Source: Candidatus Dadabacteria bacterium (GTDB lineage Bacteria; Desulfobacterota_D; UBA1144; Nemesobacterales; CSP1-2). Taken from it: a stretch of 64,000 nt of DNA. Shown here piece by piece: positions 31,169 through 42,435 of the stretch. Position 1 is the first letter of the stretch. Each line of letters begins with the position of its first letter. The translations under genes were made by a program, and so were the position numbers. Location of the stretch: positions 128,001 to 192,000 of the forward strand of contig CAWDVW010000006.1 of the NCBI GenBank assembly GCA_963805855.1, given 5' to 3'. The notes under the pieces were generated by a model. The model did no database searches. It was not told the origin of the DNA and worked only from the letters and a program-made list of their open reading frames with translations.

Positions 31169-32107
31169 TTGTTGTTCTGGAATATATTATTTTTGGATCA
31201 TGATATGAAGTTCATGGAGCAAGAACTAATCTCTATCCCCTATGACGGGGGTAAAATAGATGCACTGCTTTACCGCAGCACGGCTGAAATGCAGGGATCC
31301 GAGAAAGAGCCAATAGTTGTTCACATCCATGGCTTCCTGGGTAATTTTTTAGATGGGAGCCAGCGCTTCTTACCGCCGATCCTTGCTAGGGCTGGTTTTT
31401 CTTCAATATCTGTCAATACGAGAATGGCGAATTTTGGCCTATTTTTTGGTTACGGACTGCTTGATGATACCATACCCCAAATAGATCGAGTTGTAATATA
31501 TTTAAAGGAACTTGGTTACACCAAAATCATCTTATCGGGATATAGTCTCGGGACCAGCATTGTTCTTAGATACGCTTCTATAAGAAATGATCCATCAATA
31601 TACCCTTCTTTAAAAGGTGTTGTCTCACTTGCAACACCTTACTCTATGCCTAATTCAATCCGTCGTCGTTGGGATAGATGGGGTAGTAAGCCTGCATATC
31701 AACAAGTGTATGAGGAGGCTAAAGAGATACTGAAGCCTGATCCATACCATTCGACTGAGGACCGTACTATTCTCATATATAGGGCGAGAGGGGATTCATA
31801 CAGGCCCGAGCATACAGAGATCTATACTTACAAGACTTGGTGGTTTCTAGCTGGACCGGAAGCCGAAACTGCTCAAGCATATAAGAAAATGGAGAGGATA
31901 AAGATCCCAATACTTCTAATTCAAGGCTGGTATGACGACGTAGTTAACCCGCAAGAGTGCTATGATTTGGCCCGCGTTGCCCTGAACGCGGGAAACGAAG
32001 ATGTCTCCGCATTATACGTGAACGCGGGTCACACTTTTGAGGGAAAAGAGGAGGAGCTGGGGGATATTATCATTAGATGGCTTAACAGAAGATTTAGAAA
32101 TATTTAA
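31169..32107 (+). CDS. Alpha/beta hydrolase (start probably near 31205)
   Basis: HIHG, GYSLG nucleophile elbow, Asp, AGH; paralog of the next gene. Confidence 0.85.
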   Translation: MLFWNILFLDHDMKFMEQELISIPYDGGKIDALLYRSTAEMQGSEKEPIVVHIHGFLGNFLDGSQRFLPPILARAGFSSISVNTRMANFGLFFGYGLLDDTIPQIDRVVIYLKELGYTKIILSGYSLGTSIVLRYASIRNDPSIYPSLKGVVSLATPYSMPNSIRRRWDRWGSKPAYQQVYEEAKEILKPDPYHSTEDRTILIYRARGDSYRPEHTEIYTYKTWWFLAGPEAETAQAYKKMERIKIPILLIQGWYDDVVNPQECYDLARVALNAGNEDVSALYVNAGHTFEGKEEELGDIIIRWLNRRFRNI

Positions 32108-32131
32108 GCTCGACCATTATCAATACTTGAT

Positions 32132-33058
32132 ATGACTGAAAGACGACGGAGTTTAATTAATTTTCACGCCCGTGACGGATTCCTAATTCATTCGCTATTG
32201 ATAGCTGATCGATTCGAAAATGAAGAAGATCTCTATGAAACACCAATCGTTATACAGGTTCATGGTGTCTTAGGAAACTTTCTCGCCCGTGGCACTCCGC
32301 GGCTCCTACCCTCAGCTTTGCTGGAACGGGGTTACAGCTCGTTCGTCATTAATACACGCATGGCATTCCTAGGGCAGATCATGGGAGAAGGGATTTTTGA
32401 TGAAGCAATTTATGACATAGAAGCCTCGATTGATTATCTTACCAGGGTAGGCTATCGAAATATTTTTATCTTGGGATATAGCCTAGGAGCAAACATAGTG
32501 GCATATTATGCTTCAGAAAGGTTTGATTCAAATGTAATGGGTTTAATCCTCGAGGGATGCGCCTATTCTCTACCCGATTCCCAGCAGAAGCGACTTAAGA
32601 AATGGAATAGCATTCCTTCATACGACGAAGTTTATAAGAGGGCGAAGAAGATTTTGAAACCAGATCCATATAATACGAAGAATGATCAGATTTTTGTCAT
32701 ATATCGGGCGTGGGCGCCGTCATTCAATCCGCTGGATGCAGAACTGTTTACGTATAGGACATGGTGGTTTATGAGAGGGCCGGAGGCTTATAGTGCGAAA
32801 ACATGTGATTTGATAAACAATATAAAGGTTCCGGTACTTTTTATACAGGGCGCAAATGACGATATTGTTGAAGAATGGGAGTCTAAAGAATTGGCGCGTA
32901 GGGTTTATGAATCAGGTAATAATAATGTTACATTAAGATATATAACTAATGCCAAACATGACTGTATGGAGAATCCGGACGAAACTATCGACACGATCGT
33001 TGAGTGGATTGCGAAAATGGGGAAAAAGCCCCTACCTGTTTCCAAAGCCAAGAGTTGA
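32132..33058 (+). CDS. Alpha/beta hydrolase
   Basis: QVHG, GYSLG, QGANDD, AKH. Confidence 0.85.
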   Translation: MTERRRSLINFHARDGFLIHSLLIADRFENEEDLYETPIVIQVHGVLGNFLARGTPRLLPSALLERGYSSFVINTRMAFLGQIMGEGIFDEAIYDIEASIDYLTRVGYRNIFILGYSLGANIVAYYASERFDSNVMGLILEGCAYSLPDSQQKRLKKWNSIPSYDEVYKRAKKILKPDPYNTKNDQIFVIYRAWAPSFNPLDAELFTYRTWWFMRGPEAYSAKTCDLINNIKVPVLFIQGANDDIVEEWESKELARRVYESGNNNVTLRYITNAKHDCMENPDETIDTIVEWIAKMGKKPLPVSKAKS

Positions 33059-33103
33059 ATTTTTACTTACTTTTATTGATCTCAGAAGATAAATTAAGCG
33101 GAG

Positions 33104-33421
33104 GTGAATATTATGTTTTATTTCGTATACTTTGACCCGAAGGAAGGTGTTAGGAGAGACAATATAGTGAAAGCCTATAGTAAGTATGCCGAATACTTTA
33201 GAAACAAAGTACCACGATTTAATTATATAGGACTTTATGGACGAAATGCACTACTCGGATCAAGGCCACACTATGTGGCGATTTGGGAATTTTCAAATTA
33301 CTCAGATCTCGATGAATGGAACAGGGTCTTTGGAGGCGATAAAAAGGGGCAGAGGCTAGCCAGGGATTTACGTGATTTGACTATCGATTGGGAAGCGAAG
33401 ATTATGTCAAAGTTGGCATGA
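33104..33421 (+). CDS. Hypothetical protein (dimeric alpha/beta barrel-like)
   Basis: GGAGG RBS; YVAIWEFSNYSDLDEW pattern. Confidence 0.6.
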   Translation: MNIMFYFVYFDPKEGVRRDNIVKAYSKYAEYFRNKVPRFNYIGLYGRNALLGSRPHYVAIWEFSNYSDLDEWNRVFGGDKKGQRLARDLRDLTIDWEAKIMSKLA

Positions 33422-33498
33422 TAGTCACCTATATTCTAATTTCATTTTCTATTTAGCAATTCTCGGGTGAGGCGATAGATTCTCGATCGGAATGACAT

Positions 33499-33910
33499 AT
33501 GCGTAAACTTATATCAGCCTTGTTTATTTTTTTAGTTTTATCATCCAACGGTGGGTCCGTCGAACCTTCAAATAAGAATCCAATGATCCAACATCCGGAG
33601 TGGTACATTAAGATTTTAGATTGGTCTTTTTATGTCGCTTGGGGTGGAGTAGCAATCATACAAAATGTAGCAATCGAGAACACTAGTAGTGTTGGATACC
33701 AAGACATAAAAGTGAGGGTAAATTATTATTCTACAACGGGCTCGAATTATGGTATCCAAGTTGGGCAGGAGATTGGGTTTTTACCCGTAACACTGCCTCC
33801 AAAAAGCAAAAAACATTTATCTAAAAGATGGCGCAATATTAGGACTCGGCTCCACAAATTTAAGAGCCGGAGCTATCGAGGTTTTAAGTGCGGTTCCTTT
33901 GATTCAGTAA
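33499..33910 (+). CDS. Secreted hypothetical protein with an apparent frameshift in an A6 run near 33808; paralog of 43823-44278
   Basis: QHPEWYIKILDWSFYVAWGGVA shared with the paralog; removing one A restores ...NIYLKDGAILGLG...VLSAVPLIQ*. Confidence 0.7.
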
Positions 33911-33995
33911 AATCAGATGTTCAGAGTAGATGTTTGATACTCGTGTAGACAGCAAAAAGAGGTGTCTCTAAAGATGAAAAAGAGGAGGGGTCCGG

Positions 33996-35825
33996 ATGGA
34001 TATCCCAAATTATGTAGAAAATCGAAAGCTTCAAAATTGGATTCACGAAATGGTCGCTCTGTGCCAACCGGGCAAAATTCACTGGTGCGACGGTTCAAAT
34101 CAGGAGTATGATGCCATGTTCGATTCGATGGTAGAGTCAGGGACGGCCGTCAGGCTGGCTGAAGAGAAAAGGCCCAACAGTTACTTGGTAAGGTCTGACC
34201 CGAGTGATGTGGCTCGCGTAGAAGGGCGAACGTTTATTTGCAGTAAAAGCAAGAGTGATGCGGGTCCTACAAACAACTGGATGGATCCGAAGGAGATGAA
34301 AAAAACTCTGCTCGATCTGTTTGACGGTTCCATGCAGGGTCGAACAATGTACGTCATTCCTTTCAGTATGGGGCCTTTGGGCTCGCCAATTGCCCGTATC
34401 GGTGTGCAGATTAGTGATTCACCTTACGTCGTTGCTAACATGCGCATCATGACGCGCATGGGAAAACCAGCACTTGATATACTTGCGGATGAAGAATTTG
34501 TACCATGTATCCACTCAGTTGGCATGCCGCTAAACAATGGTCAGAATGACGTGCCCTGGCCATGCAACACGACAAAGTATATCGTGCATTTCCCCGAAGA
34601 ACGCTCTATCTGGTCGTATGGGAGCGGTTATGGTGGAAATGCACTTTTAGGGAAGAAATGTTTAGCACTGAGAATAGCCTCTATTCTTGCCAGAGACGAG
34701 GGTTGGTTAGCGGAGCACATGCTCATTTTGGGAGTAGAATCTCCTGAAGGAGATAAGACATACGTGACGGCTGCATTTCCCAGTGCATGTGGCAAGACCA
34801 ACTTCGCCATGCTAATTCCTCCTCCAGCATTTGAGGGATGGAAAGTGACCACTGTAGGGGATGACATAGCATGGATAAAGCCGGGCGGTGACGGATATCT
34901 CTATGCGATAAATCCAGAGTTTGGATACTTTGGAGTAGCCCCCGGCACTTCCGAAAAATCGAATCCGAATGCGATGGCTGCCCTTAGCCGAAATTCGATC
35001 TTTACAAACGTTGCGCTGACTGATGATGGTGACGTCTGGTGGGAAGATATGACCGATAATCCTCCAGACCATCTTATAGATTGGACAGGACGGGATTGGA
35101 CACCTGGTTGTGGAAGACCGGCAGCTCATCCGAATGCTCGCTTCACCGCACCTGCAAGCCAAAATCCCGCCATTGATCCCGATTGGGAAAATCCGAATGG
35201 AGTCCAAATAAAAGCAATTATCTTTGGTGGTCGGAGAAGCAAAGTGGTTCCTCTAATATATCAGTCATCCAATTGGAATTACGGGGTCTACTTGGCAGCC
35301 ACGATGGGTTCCGAGACAACCGCCGCCGCTGTAGGAGCAGTTGGAGAAATCCGACGTGATCCCTTTGCGATGTTGCCCTTCTGCGGTTATCACATGGGTG
35401 ATTATTTTAACTATTGGTTGGATTTTGGAAGGAAGATTCTCAATCCGCCGCGTATTTTCGGAGTTAACTGGTTCCGCAAGGATGACGATGGTAATTTCCT
35501 CTGGCCGGGTTTTGGAGAAAACATGCGAGTATTGAAATGGGTTGTAGACCGCGCGAACGGTCGTGCTCACGGTGTTGAAAATCCTATTGGGCGGGTTCCT
35601 CGCTACGAAGATATCGACTGGCGTGGATTGAAAAACTTCAGTCGTAAGAAATTCCAGGAACTAATGGCGGTGGATCGTGATGAATGGAAAGAGGAGATTC
35701 TTTCTCACGAGGAGCTGTTTATTAAGTTATACGATAAGTTGCCGAAGGAGCTTATCTTCATCCGTGAATTGATACTGTCAAGTCTTTGGCGGTCTCCAGA
35801 AGGCTGGGATGTAGTTTCTGAATAA
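33996..35825 (+). CDS. pckG: Phosphoenolpyruvate carboxykinase (GTP)
   Basis: [37 protein letters not shown]. Confidence 0.97.
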   Translation: MDIPNYVENRKLQNWIHEMVALCQPGKIHWCDGSNQEYDAMFDSMVESGTAVRLAEEKRPNSYLVRSDPSDVARVEGRTFICSKSKSDAGPTNNWMDPKEMKKTLLDLFDGSMQGRTMYVIPFSMGPLGSPIARIGVQISDSPYVVANMRIMTRMGKPALDILADEEFVPCIHSVGMPLNNGQNDVPWPCNTTKYIVHFPEERSIWSYGSGYGGNALLGKKCLALRIASILARDEGWLAEHMLILGVESPEGDKTYVTAAFPSACGKTNFAMLIPPPAFEGWKVTTVGDDIAWIKPGGDGYLYAINPEFGYFGVAPGTSEKSNPNAMAALSRNSIFTNVALTDDGDVWWEDMTDNPPDHLIDWTGRDWTPGCGRPAAHPNARFTAPASQNPAIDPDWENPNGVQIKAIIFGGRRSKVVPLIYQSSNWNYGVYLAATMGSETTAAAVGAVGEIRRDPFAMLPFCGYHMGDYFNYWLDFGRKILNPPRIFGVNWFRKDDDGNFLWPGFGENMRVLKWVVDRANGRAHGVENPIGRVPRYEDIDWRGLKNFSRKKFQELMAVDRDEWKEEILSHEELFIKLYDKLPKELIFIRELILSSLWRSPEGWDVVSE

Positions 35826-35888
35826 TCGGCGGCGGATCGGTCGTGCCGTCGCATTCTACTAACGCCCGATATGTTTCTATACCTTGTA

Positions 35889-36476
35889 TCACGGTCTCAG
35901 ATAGCCGGGGGGTACCCCCGCGCGCCGCGCTTCTTCTTGTAGCTTCTCCCTTTCGGGCTTTATAAAACCCAGTTTGAATTCGAGTTGCTTAATCCGGTCT
36001 TCCAGATTTCTAAGCTCAAGTATTGAACGATCTGCAAAGTACCCGTTGGTAAGCATGTAATCTACTTCTCTTTTCTTATACGTGATTAGATTTCTCGTGA
36101 GCGAAATGTCTTCCAAAATCCTTTTTTCTTCGTTATCAATCTCGAGTGCGCGACTTCTCCAGTACTCTCTTATAGCTTCTTCTTCATCAATTTCTAAATC
36201 TTCTTCAACGCCGTTCAACAAATCATCAGAGGGTGTGGGGGTTGGTAGGTTAGATTTAATTCGATTTTGCGAATGTTTCTTTTTTACCTCCTCAATAATC
36301 TCGACCTCAACTCCACTATCTTTTGGAATTAGCGAGGGATTGTCTGTGAAATGGACTTTTCCCATTTCATCAGTCCATTTATAAATGTCGTTTGCGTTTG
36401 CAAGTTGAGGGACTAAACTCAGAAATAAAATTCCGCATGTTGTGGTCAGAATGTTAGGAAGGAATTTTTTGCACAT
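35889..36476 (-). CDS. DUF4124 domain secreted protein
   Basis: IYKWTDEMGKVHFTDNP; C-terminal ARRAGVPPGYLR. Confidence 0.85.
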   Translation of the reverse strand: MCKKFLPNILTTTCGILFLSLVPQLANANDIYKWTDEMGKVHFTDNPSLIPKDSGVEVEIIEEVKKKHSQNRIKSNLPTPTPSDDLLNGVEEDLEIDEEEAIREYWRSRALEIDNEEKRILEDISLTRNLITYKKREVDYMLTNGYFADRSILELRNLEDRIKQLEFKLGFIKPEREKLQEEARRAGVPPGYLRP

Positions 36477-36555
36477 GCTTTAACTACCAAATCGCCCGCA
36501 GCTTGCGACAGGCTTTCCGCTGTCATGGCAGTGGCACGCACCGCACAGTCATTGC

Positions 36556-36920
36556 TGCAGATGTTGGATATTTCGTGGACAGTATCTTAGATTTTAAATG
36601 GGCATTCAAAAAATTGCCAAAATCAATTCCGGAAGCGTTAAAAAAAGTGACAATCATTACTGTCATCTCGAAGGAGCATAGTGACTGAGAGAACTAATTA
36701 ATTATAGCAATAGATATCTCGCATTCGCTCGATACGCAAGCGTTTTTTGTTAGCCCTTGTCCTGAGCACAGTCGAAGGGTTGTTTCTTTGTATCAAGACA
36801 AAGAAAATAAAAGATTAAACGATGGATCCCCGATTAAAACATTCGAGGATGACGGATGAGTAAATTCCCAAGAAATTTGTCAGTTTTAGGATTTTGTCCA
36901 CGAAATATCTGACACTTACA
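36556..36920 (-). mobile_element. MITE copy C (inverted) with a perfect 5-bp target duplication, inside a REP-like cluster (~36490-37095)
   Basis: ATTGC|TGCAGATGTTGGATATTTCGTGGACA...TGTCCACGAAATATCTGACACTTACA|ATTGC. Confidence 0.85.
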
Positions 36921-37178
36921 ATTGCGAGCACTTCGACCCGCCTGTGCTGAGTAAAATTGAAGTACTCAGTGCAGGCTCCGGCGAAGCAATCTGCCACATA
37001 AATACTATAATCGACTGAAATCCGTGCGAGACGCTCTGCCCGTGTTGAAGGAGATTGCTTTGGGACTGCCGAAGTCCCTTTGCTCCAGGGTCATTCATTT
37101 TTTTATCGCTAATTACGATATTTAGTATAACCTGTTAGGATTTGAATGTTGGAATTCAGAGGGGGGGTTTAAAATATT

Positions 37179-37631
37179 ATGCAAATACCATATAGGCTGC
37201 ATCCATTTATTATAGTCTTTGCTCTTTTGCAATTTCCGGTTCAAGTGTGGGCAGGGGAGGGCACGATTAAAATTCCGTCCCTACTACAGATATGTCAGGA
37301 ATATTCGGACGAGCCAATGATATCCGAGGATTTGTATCAGGGTAAAATGATTGAAACATCCGTCAAGGTGGCGAGCAAACGTATTATACCATCAGTTTGT
37401 TCTGATGCTGAACAAGGAACGTTTACCGCGGAATTTGTCGCAGACAGTTATGTTGTGCAGTGTGTTTGTAATGCTCCGCCCAACAAACAGGTTTTCGATG
37501 GGATAAACAGTGGAGATATTTTATCGATTACTGGTACTTTTAAGTCAATGACTTCTGCGTTTTTCGAGGGTGGCTTGAAGACTTGCCAGATTACCATTTA
37601 CGGATGTGCTCTTAAACTTGGGAACAGATAA
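37179..37631 (+). CDS. Hypothetical secreted protein, OB-fold-like
   Basis: Signal peptide; YQGKMIE and GDILSITG pattern. Confidence 0.6.
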   Translation: MQIPYRLHPFIIVFALLQFPVQVWAGEGTIKIPSLLQICQEYSDEPMISEDLYQGKMIETSVKVASKRIIPSVCSDAEQGTFTAEFVADSYVVQCVCNAPPNKQVFDGINSGDILSITGTFKSMTSAFFEGGLKTCQITIYGCALKLGNR

Positions 37632-37665
37632 AACGGATAGGATCTTATCGCACCAGTTTAGCTGA

Positions 37666-38346
37666 TTAGGTTTCTATAGGTTTAATACATTCAGGCACAT
37701 CGTTCTTGGGTGAGTTAACTATGGTCGACACTTCATACGCTTCCATGAGGTCGGTTGGGTATGGTCCTAAGAGTGGTACTAGCTTGTCAAAATCCGTTAG
37801 CTCGGGATCCAGCCACTTGTTTTCATCCTTTTGGCGGAGCATTACGGGCATCCTGTCGTGGATTGGCTTCATCAATTCATTTGGACCCGTTGTTATTATC
37901 GTGAATGATAGTAGTTTATCGCCATCCGGCTGTTTCCATTCATCCCATAGGCCTGCGAAGGCGAATGGCTCTTTGCTCTTGAGTCTAAAGTATAGTGGTG
38001 TTTTTGTGCTTTTCTTTTGAGTTTTTATCCACTCATAAAATCCGCTAGCCAGTACCAAACACCTTTTTTTCTTTAAGGGATTTTTAAAGCTTGCTTTTTC
38101 TGTAATGGTTTCAGCCCTCGCATTTATCATCTTATAGCCTATTGAGGGCTCTTTCGCCCAGAAGGGTACCAATCCCCATCGCATCAATTTGAGCAGCCTG
38201 TTATCTTCTTCTACAACTACTACCGGGACATTTTGAGACGGGGCGATATTGAATCTCTTCTTGAACAGGATTCCAGCCGGGTTGGAGAAATTAAAACGGT
38301 CTTCAAATTCATCTTCTTCATTATGTTGGGTAAATCTTCCACACAT
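37666..38346 (-). CDS. SOS response-associated peptidase (SRAP/YedK family)
   Basis: N-terminal MCGRF, WGLVP, INARAET, HDRMPV. Confidence 0.95.
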   Translation of the reverse strand: MCGRFTQHNEEDEFEDRFNFSNPAGILFKKRFNIAPSQNVPVVVVEEDNRLLKLMRWGLVPFWAKEPSIGYKMINARAETITEKASFKNPLKKKRCLVLASGFYEWIKTQKKSTKTPLYFRLKSKEPFAFAGLWDEWKQPDGDKLLSFTIITTGPNELMKPIHDRMPVMLRQKDENKWLDPELTDFDKLVPLLGPYPTDLMEAYEVSTIVNSPKNDVPECIKPIET

Positions 38347-38351
38347 GCTTG

Positions 38352-38603
38352 TTATCCTGAGCGAAAATCCATTAGTACTACTCCCTCTTCAACATTGGCC
38401 GGTATCAGCTCTACGCATGTACATACACGTGGGTCGAGCCAAACACTACCTTCATTTCCGCCATTATCATTAGCTATTTTACGGGCCTGGAATTCGTTCT
38501 CGGCACAGATCAGGAATCCGAAGCATTTGCCGAACCATGGATTCCAGGGGTTCTTCTCAGCGGGTAGGTTGCTATTTGGTTTCAGCAGCCACAGTTTCTT
38601 CAA
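38352..38603 (-). CDS. Small phage-like hypothetical protein
   Basis: AGGAGG RBS; KLWLL...AENEFQARKIA pattern; tightly coupled to the SRAP gene. Confidence 0.6.
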   Translation of the reverse strand: MKKLWLLKPNSNLPAEKNPWNPWFGKCFGFLICAENEFQARKIANDNGGNEGSVWLDPRVCTCVELIPANVEEGVVLMDFRSG

Positions 38604-39049
38604 ATCTTAGCCTCCTATGAAGGTGGTTTGGGAGATCAATATTTATCATTATCTTTAGATATGCATCATTCCTTAACGATTCTGAGTTTGAATCATAACT
38701 TTTCCTACTTGACCGATACCCTAGCTCACATCCGGTGATAAACACCTTCAATATTTTATCCAATGTTTTAAAAGTTGAAATATGAATGCTATCCTGGACT
38801 TAAATACATGTTTAGGATTTCTAATAGGTGAGATTTCTTCTTCTTAGTTTATACTTGTTACAAACTACGTCAATGTCGAATTGAGACTTATGGTTTTACA
38901 GCACATTTAGTAAATTATGATTTGGATGGGTGGCCTCGTTTATTGTCAGGTTGCTGTGTCGCATTCAGATAATTAGAAGAGTATTGAAATTTTATGAAAT
39001 TTTAGGGTATCTATGATATTATTTGAGAAAAAAATAAAGGAGAGGGAGC

Positions 39050-39268
39050 ATGAATAAATTAGTACTGTTAGGTGTAATTTTTGCGCTGTCGCTCATCAGT
39101 TGTAATCCGGCATTAAAGAGGGCTGCTACTGATATGGAGAGTTCTAAGGAAGCTTATAAATCTTGTCTCGCGCAAAATCAGGAAGACACGTCGCGTTGTG
39201 ATACTTTAAGAACAGTTTACGAAGTCGATGTTCAGAATTATAAGGTAATTCGAGACGAACTCTATTGA
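39050..39268 (+). CDS. Small hypothetical lipoprotein
   Basis: RBS, lipobox LISC, Cys pair. Confidence 0.65.
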   Translation: MNKLVLLGVIFALSLISCNPALKRAATDMESSKEAYKSCLAQNQEDTSRCDTLRTVYEVDVQNYKVIRDELY

Positions 39269-40158
39269 AGAAAGAAAAAAGAAAAGGGTACCACGCTTAA
39301 TTCATCATCCTTCGGCTGTGCCCTTGGATTCAACTCAGGACAGGCTCGGCATTCACCGTTTGGACTTACATTATCGTTTTAAGTGGATGCAACTCCGTTC
39401 AAACCGGGGTGTCGTTTTACCGGGACCACTTTTTCAGGGTTTGGGGGATCCCGCCGATCGAATGAGCATTTATAGGGACCCCGATAGGCGGGACATTCCT
39501 GTCCCGCTAATTTGCGAGAACGAAGGGGGATTTCTATGGACGCGCCGTTAGGTGATGCTTATAGGAGATTCTCCTTGACTTTTATGTTTGAATACCTCTA
39601 TTATTATAGTATGGTAGTTACAACAAGAGCATTTCTTAAATACCTGGGCAATAGGAAATGGATAAAGTTAAGAAAGGCAGATATAGCGTTGCGTAAACCG
39701 TATCTTATTTACCTAGGAAATAGGAGATGGAAAAGAGATAAAAATATCCGTGCGTATCATTAAGCTGTTTATGTTTTAGACATGCCGGTCACGGTTCTCC
39801 AATCTAATATCCTCTAAGAAGGAAAAGGGGACGCGGCGCTGGACAGCCTCATCTATACCATATAATTTGAGTTTCATTACATTCTAATGTCATTACTGGC
39901 TTAGGGACAATACTAAAAATCTAATCTGAAGAATTCTAGTTGACTTTTAAATAACGTTGGCGTTATAGTTAAACGAGTAATTACAGAGGCTAAGTGGAAA
40001 TGGATGGGGTAGTTTATTTATGTTATCGTTCCCCTTTGATTAAGAGTGCAGTTTCTTTGCACTTAGCCCTTCTTAATATTTTTCGGCCCGATTTGATTTC
40101 TATGATCTCTTTTGTTACTAAAGATTCCTTAATGCGCAAATGATTTGATCGATATATT

Positions 40159-40569
40159 ATGTGCCCGTCAATCTTCTCATATTTTCTCGTCGTTATAATA
40201 CTTATTTCTTCTTGCACTGAAGGTAACAACTCCACAAAAGTAAAGAAGACCCAACGGAAAATTTCATCCGGTCTCCACAGTGTTATAGAAGAGTTAGAAT
40301 TAAAGCCAGAAAAAAAAGAGCAAGTGTTAACTTTTATTGACAAATCGGCTCGGATTAATGAACAGGGAGGAATACAAATTTACATCCAGTTGTACGAGAT
40401 TGATGAGTCAAAACTAGAGGATCTCAAGAAGCACGGTTTAACCATTGACATATATGATAATAAGCAGAAATTGGTTCAGGGTTGGGCACTACCCAATGAT
40501 GTAAAGGCCATCAGTGAACTTCCATTTGTGAAGACAATCGATTTACCCGCATATGGAATAGCAAATTGA
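40159..40569 (+). CDS. Hypothetical lipoprotein resembling an S8 protease propeptide-like domain
   Basis: Lipobox ISSC; IQIYI...LVQGW...ISELPFVKTI pattern. Confidence 0.55.
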   Translation: MCPSIFSYFLVVIILISSCTEGNNSTKVKKTQRKISSGLHSVIEELELKPEKKEQVLTFIDKSARINEQGGIQIYIQLYEIDESKLEDLKKHGLTIDIYDNKQKLVQGWALPNDVKAISELPFVKTIDLPAYGIAN

Positions 40570-40614
40570 GGGGAGTATGGGGAAATGGTTAAATCCATAA
40601 TTCTAGTTGGAAAA

Positions 40615-41631
40615 GGGGTCAAATCTTTTGTTTATAAGTTTTGTTTATAATATCTTCGACCTTTTTTCTAAACCTTTTGTCCTTCTCCATTTTTACCCGT
40701 ACCCAGTTACAAGCCCATCCTACCACCCCATAACTACTTACTCCAAACATCCCTGCTACCTCATTTAGCGTTATATCACATAACTGCTTTACTAAATGCA
40801 TCCCTACCTTCCTCGCTTCACTATCACTTCCCTTTCTCCACCGAAGCACCTCATCAACTCTTGTCCCATATGCCGTAGCCACATTACTAGCTACCTCATT
40901 CACCGACGGCCTCAACCATACTCTCTCATGCCGAGGATGCTCTCTTCCTATCTTGCCTATCTTCTCCCTTACCCTTTCCCTAAAATCCTCTCCTCCTAAT
41001 ATTGGACTCTGGCGACTACGAGTATAAAACTTTTTTAACTTATCCTCATTCCCCGATAAAACAAACTCCTGAAATTCTCTAACACTACGGAATTCCTCCA
41101 ATAACTCAGTTACATTAAGCCACTGCGGTGCCTTTTTTGGTTTCAAATAGTTCTTATGGCTGCTCCACTTGTATTCGTCAGGTTCTTTAGCCAGTCCAGC
41201 CTCAATAGGATTCAAATGTATGTATCGCACTACAGCCGTCAGATATCTATCACCGTCTATCACTATTGCCTTGAATCGACCCCGAAATATGGGACCGTCT
41301 CGTCCATGCATTCTGTTAAATCTCTGTGTGTATAGACCGTCAACATGGCGCATGACACGGGAAAGATTTGCCTCCGGGGTCCTTAGGCAGACGTGATAAT
41401 GGCTACTCATCAGACAGTATGCAAAGACCTCAATACCCCAACGTTCATGGGTCTCAGCGATAGTCTTCAGAAATTCCTCGAAGTCTTTTGTCTGTATAAA
41501 TATCTTCTGACGTGCGATCCCACGATTCATCACATGGTATATTGCACCCGGAAACTGAATCCGAAGCGGACGAGACATTATAGATAATTATAGGGGAATC
41601 AATTAGACTTCTAAACAAAAGATTTGACCCC
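40615..41631 (-). mobile_element. Element carrying a RAYT-type transposase, bounded by perfect 20-bp terminal inverted repeats
   Basis: GGGGTCAAATCTTTTGTTTA at 40615-40634 and its reverse complement at 41612-41631. Confidence 0.85.
40619..41578 (-). CDS. REP-associated (Y1/HUH) tyrosine transposase with C-terminal HTH (DnaA-C-like)
   Basis: YHVMNRG, AYCLMSSHYH (HUH), YIHLNP, YKWSS. Confidence 0.92.
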   Translation of the reverse strand: MSRPLRIQFPGAIYHVMNRGIARQKIFIQTKDFEEFLKTIAETHERWGIEVFAYCLMSSHYHVCLRTPEANLSRVMRHVDGLYTQRFNRMHGRDGPIFRGRFKAIVIDGDRYLTAVVRYIHLNPIEAGLAKEPDEYKWSSHKNYLKPKKAPQWLNVTELLEEFRSVREFQEFVLSGNEDKLKKFYTRSRQSPILGGEDFRERVREKIGKIGREHPRHERVWLRPSVNEVASNVATAYGTRVDEVLRWRKGSDSEARKVGMHLVKQLCDITLNEVAGMFGVSSYGVVGWACNWVRVKMEKDKRFRKKVEDIINKTYKQKI

Positions 41632-42074
41632 TAATTTATGTCACGCTGGATGGTCGCGACGAGGGCGCCCTCGTCATCCACCAGTTCGACGAGCTTCGAG
41701 GAGCGAATGACCTCACCACCCTGCTCGTGGAGGTACTCGGTCAGAATCGACTCGGTCACCTCCTCTGAGACGCCGATGTTGAACCCGTAACGACTGCCGC
41801 AAATTGAGAGGTCGATCTCTCCGAGTACTCTGCCCCCGGAGTGAAGTCGGGCCATGCGCTGCTTGACGCCCACAGTCAATAGGGGCTCGGGGATGCCCAG
41901 CGACTCAAAGACCTCAAGCGAGCGTGGGTGCACCACTGTCGCCCGGTCCCAGTGCAGCGGCGCTGGATGCGCATCGATGATACGACACTCAATCCCCCGG
42001 CGATGCAGTTCCGCAGCCAGGAGCAGCCCCGTCGGGCCTGCGCCCACCACGAGAACAGTCACATCAGGAACCAT
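41631..42074 (-). pseudogene. N-terminal fragment of an FAD-dependent monooxygenase
   Basis: VVGAGPTGL Rossmann motif; ORF ends at the TIR boundary; higher GC than surroundings. Confidence 0.8.
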
Positions 42075-42393
42075 GTCGAATCCACTTGAATATCATATTC
42101 GCATTTCAGGTCCAAAGAAGATGCTTCTCCCGTGCCTTTGTAGGTGTCTCGGTTAATTCAGTGATGAAGTCTCCCATTCTTTGTGGCAAACTCATTGGTC
42201 ATTCGAGGTTCATCGAGGAAAACAGCCATCTGCATCTCGCATTTCTTAGCCGAACTCGTAATTATACTGAATAATTCAATATAATCAGCTGTCAGGGTGA
42301 TAGTTAAGGATTCTATTTAATTTAAACCTGTTCGATTCATACACCCCATATGCTCTGACTATATATAAATAATAATCTCAAGTCAAAGAATGC

Positions 42394-42435
42394 TTCCTCC
42401 GTTTAAACCAAGCTTAACAAAAGGGGAGCGGTACA
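42394..42435 (-). repeat. Repeat copy R1
   Basis: GTTTAAACCAAGCTTAACAAAAGGGGAGCGGTACA. Confidence 0.85.

Noticed and set aside
33790-33948. Programmed frameshift or phase variation in the 33499 gene
   Set aside because: One extra A in a short homopolymer is more simply a sequencing error or recent mutation; reads are needed to decide.
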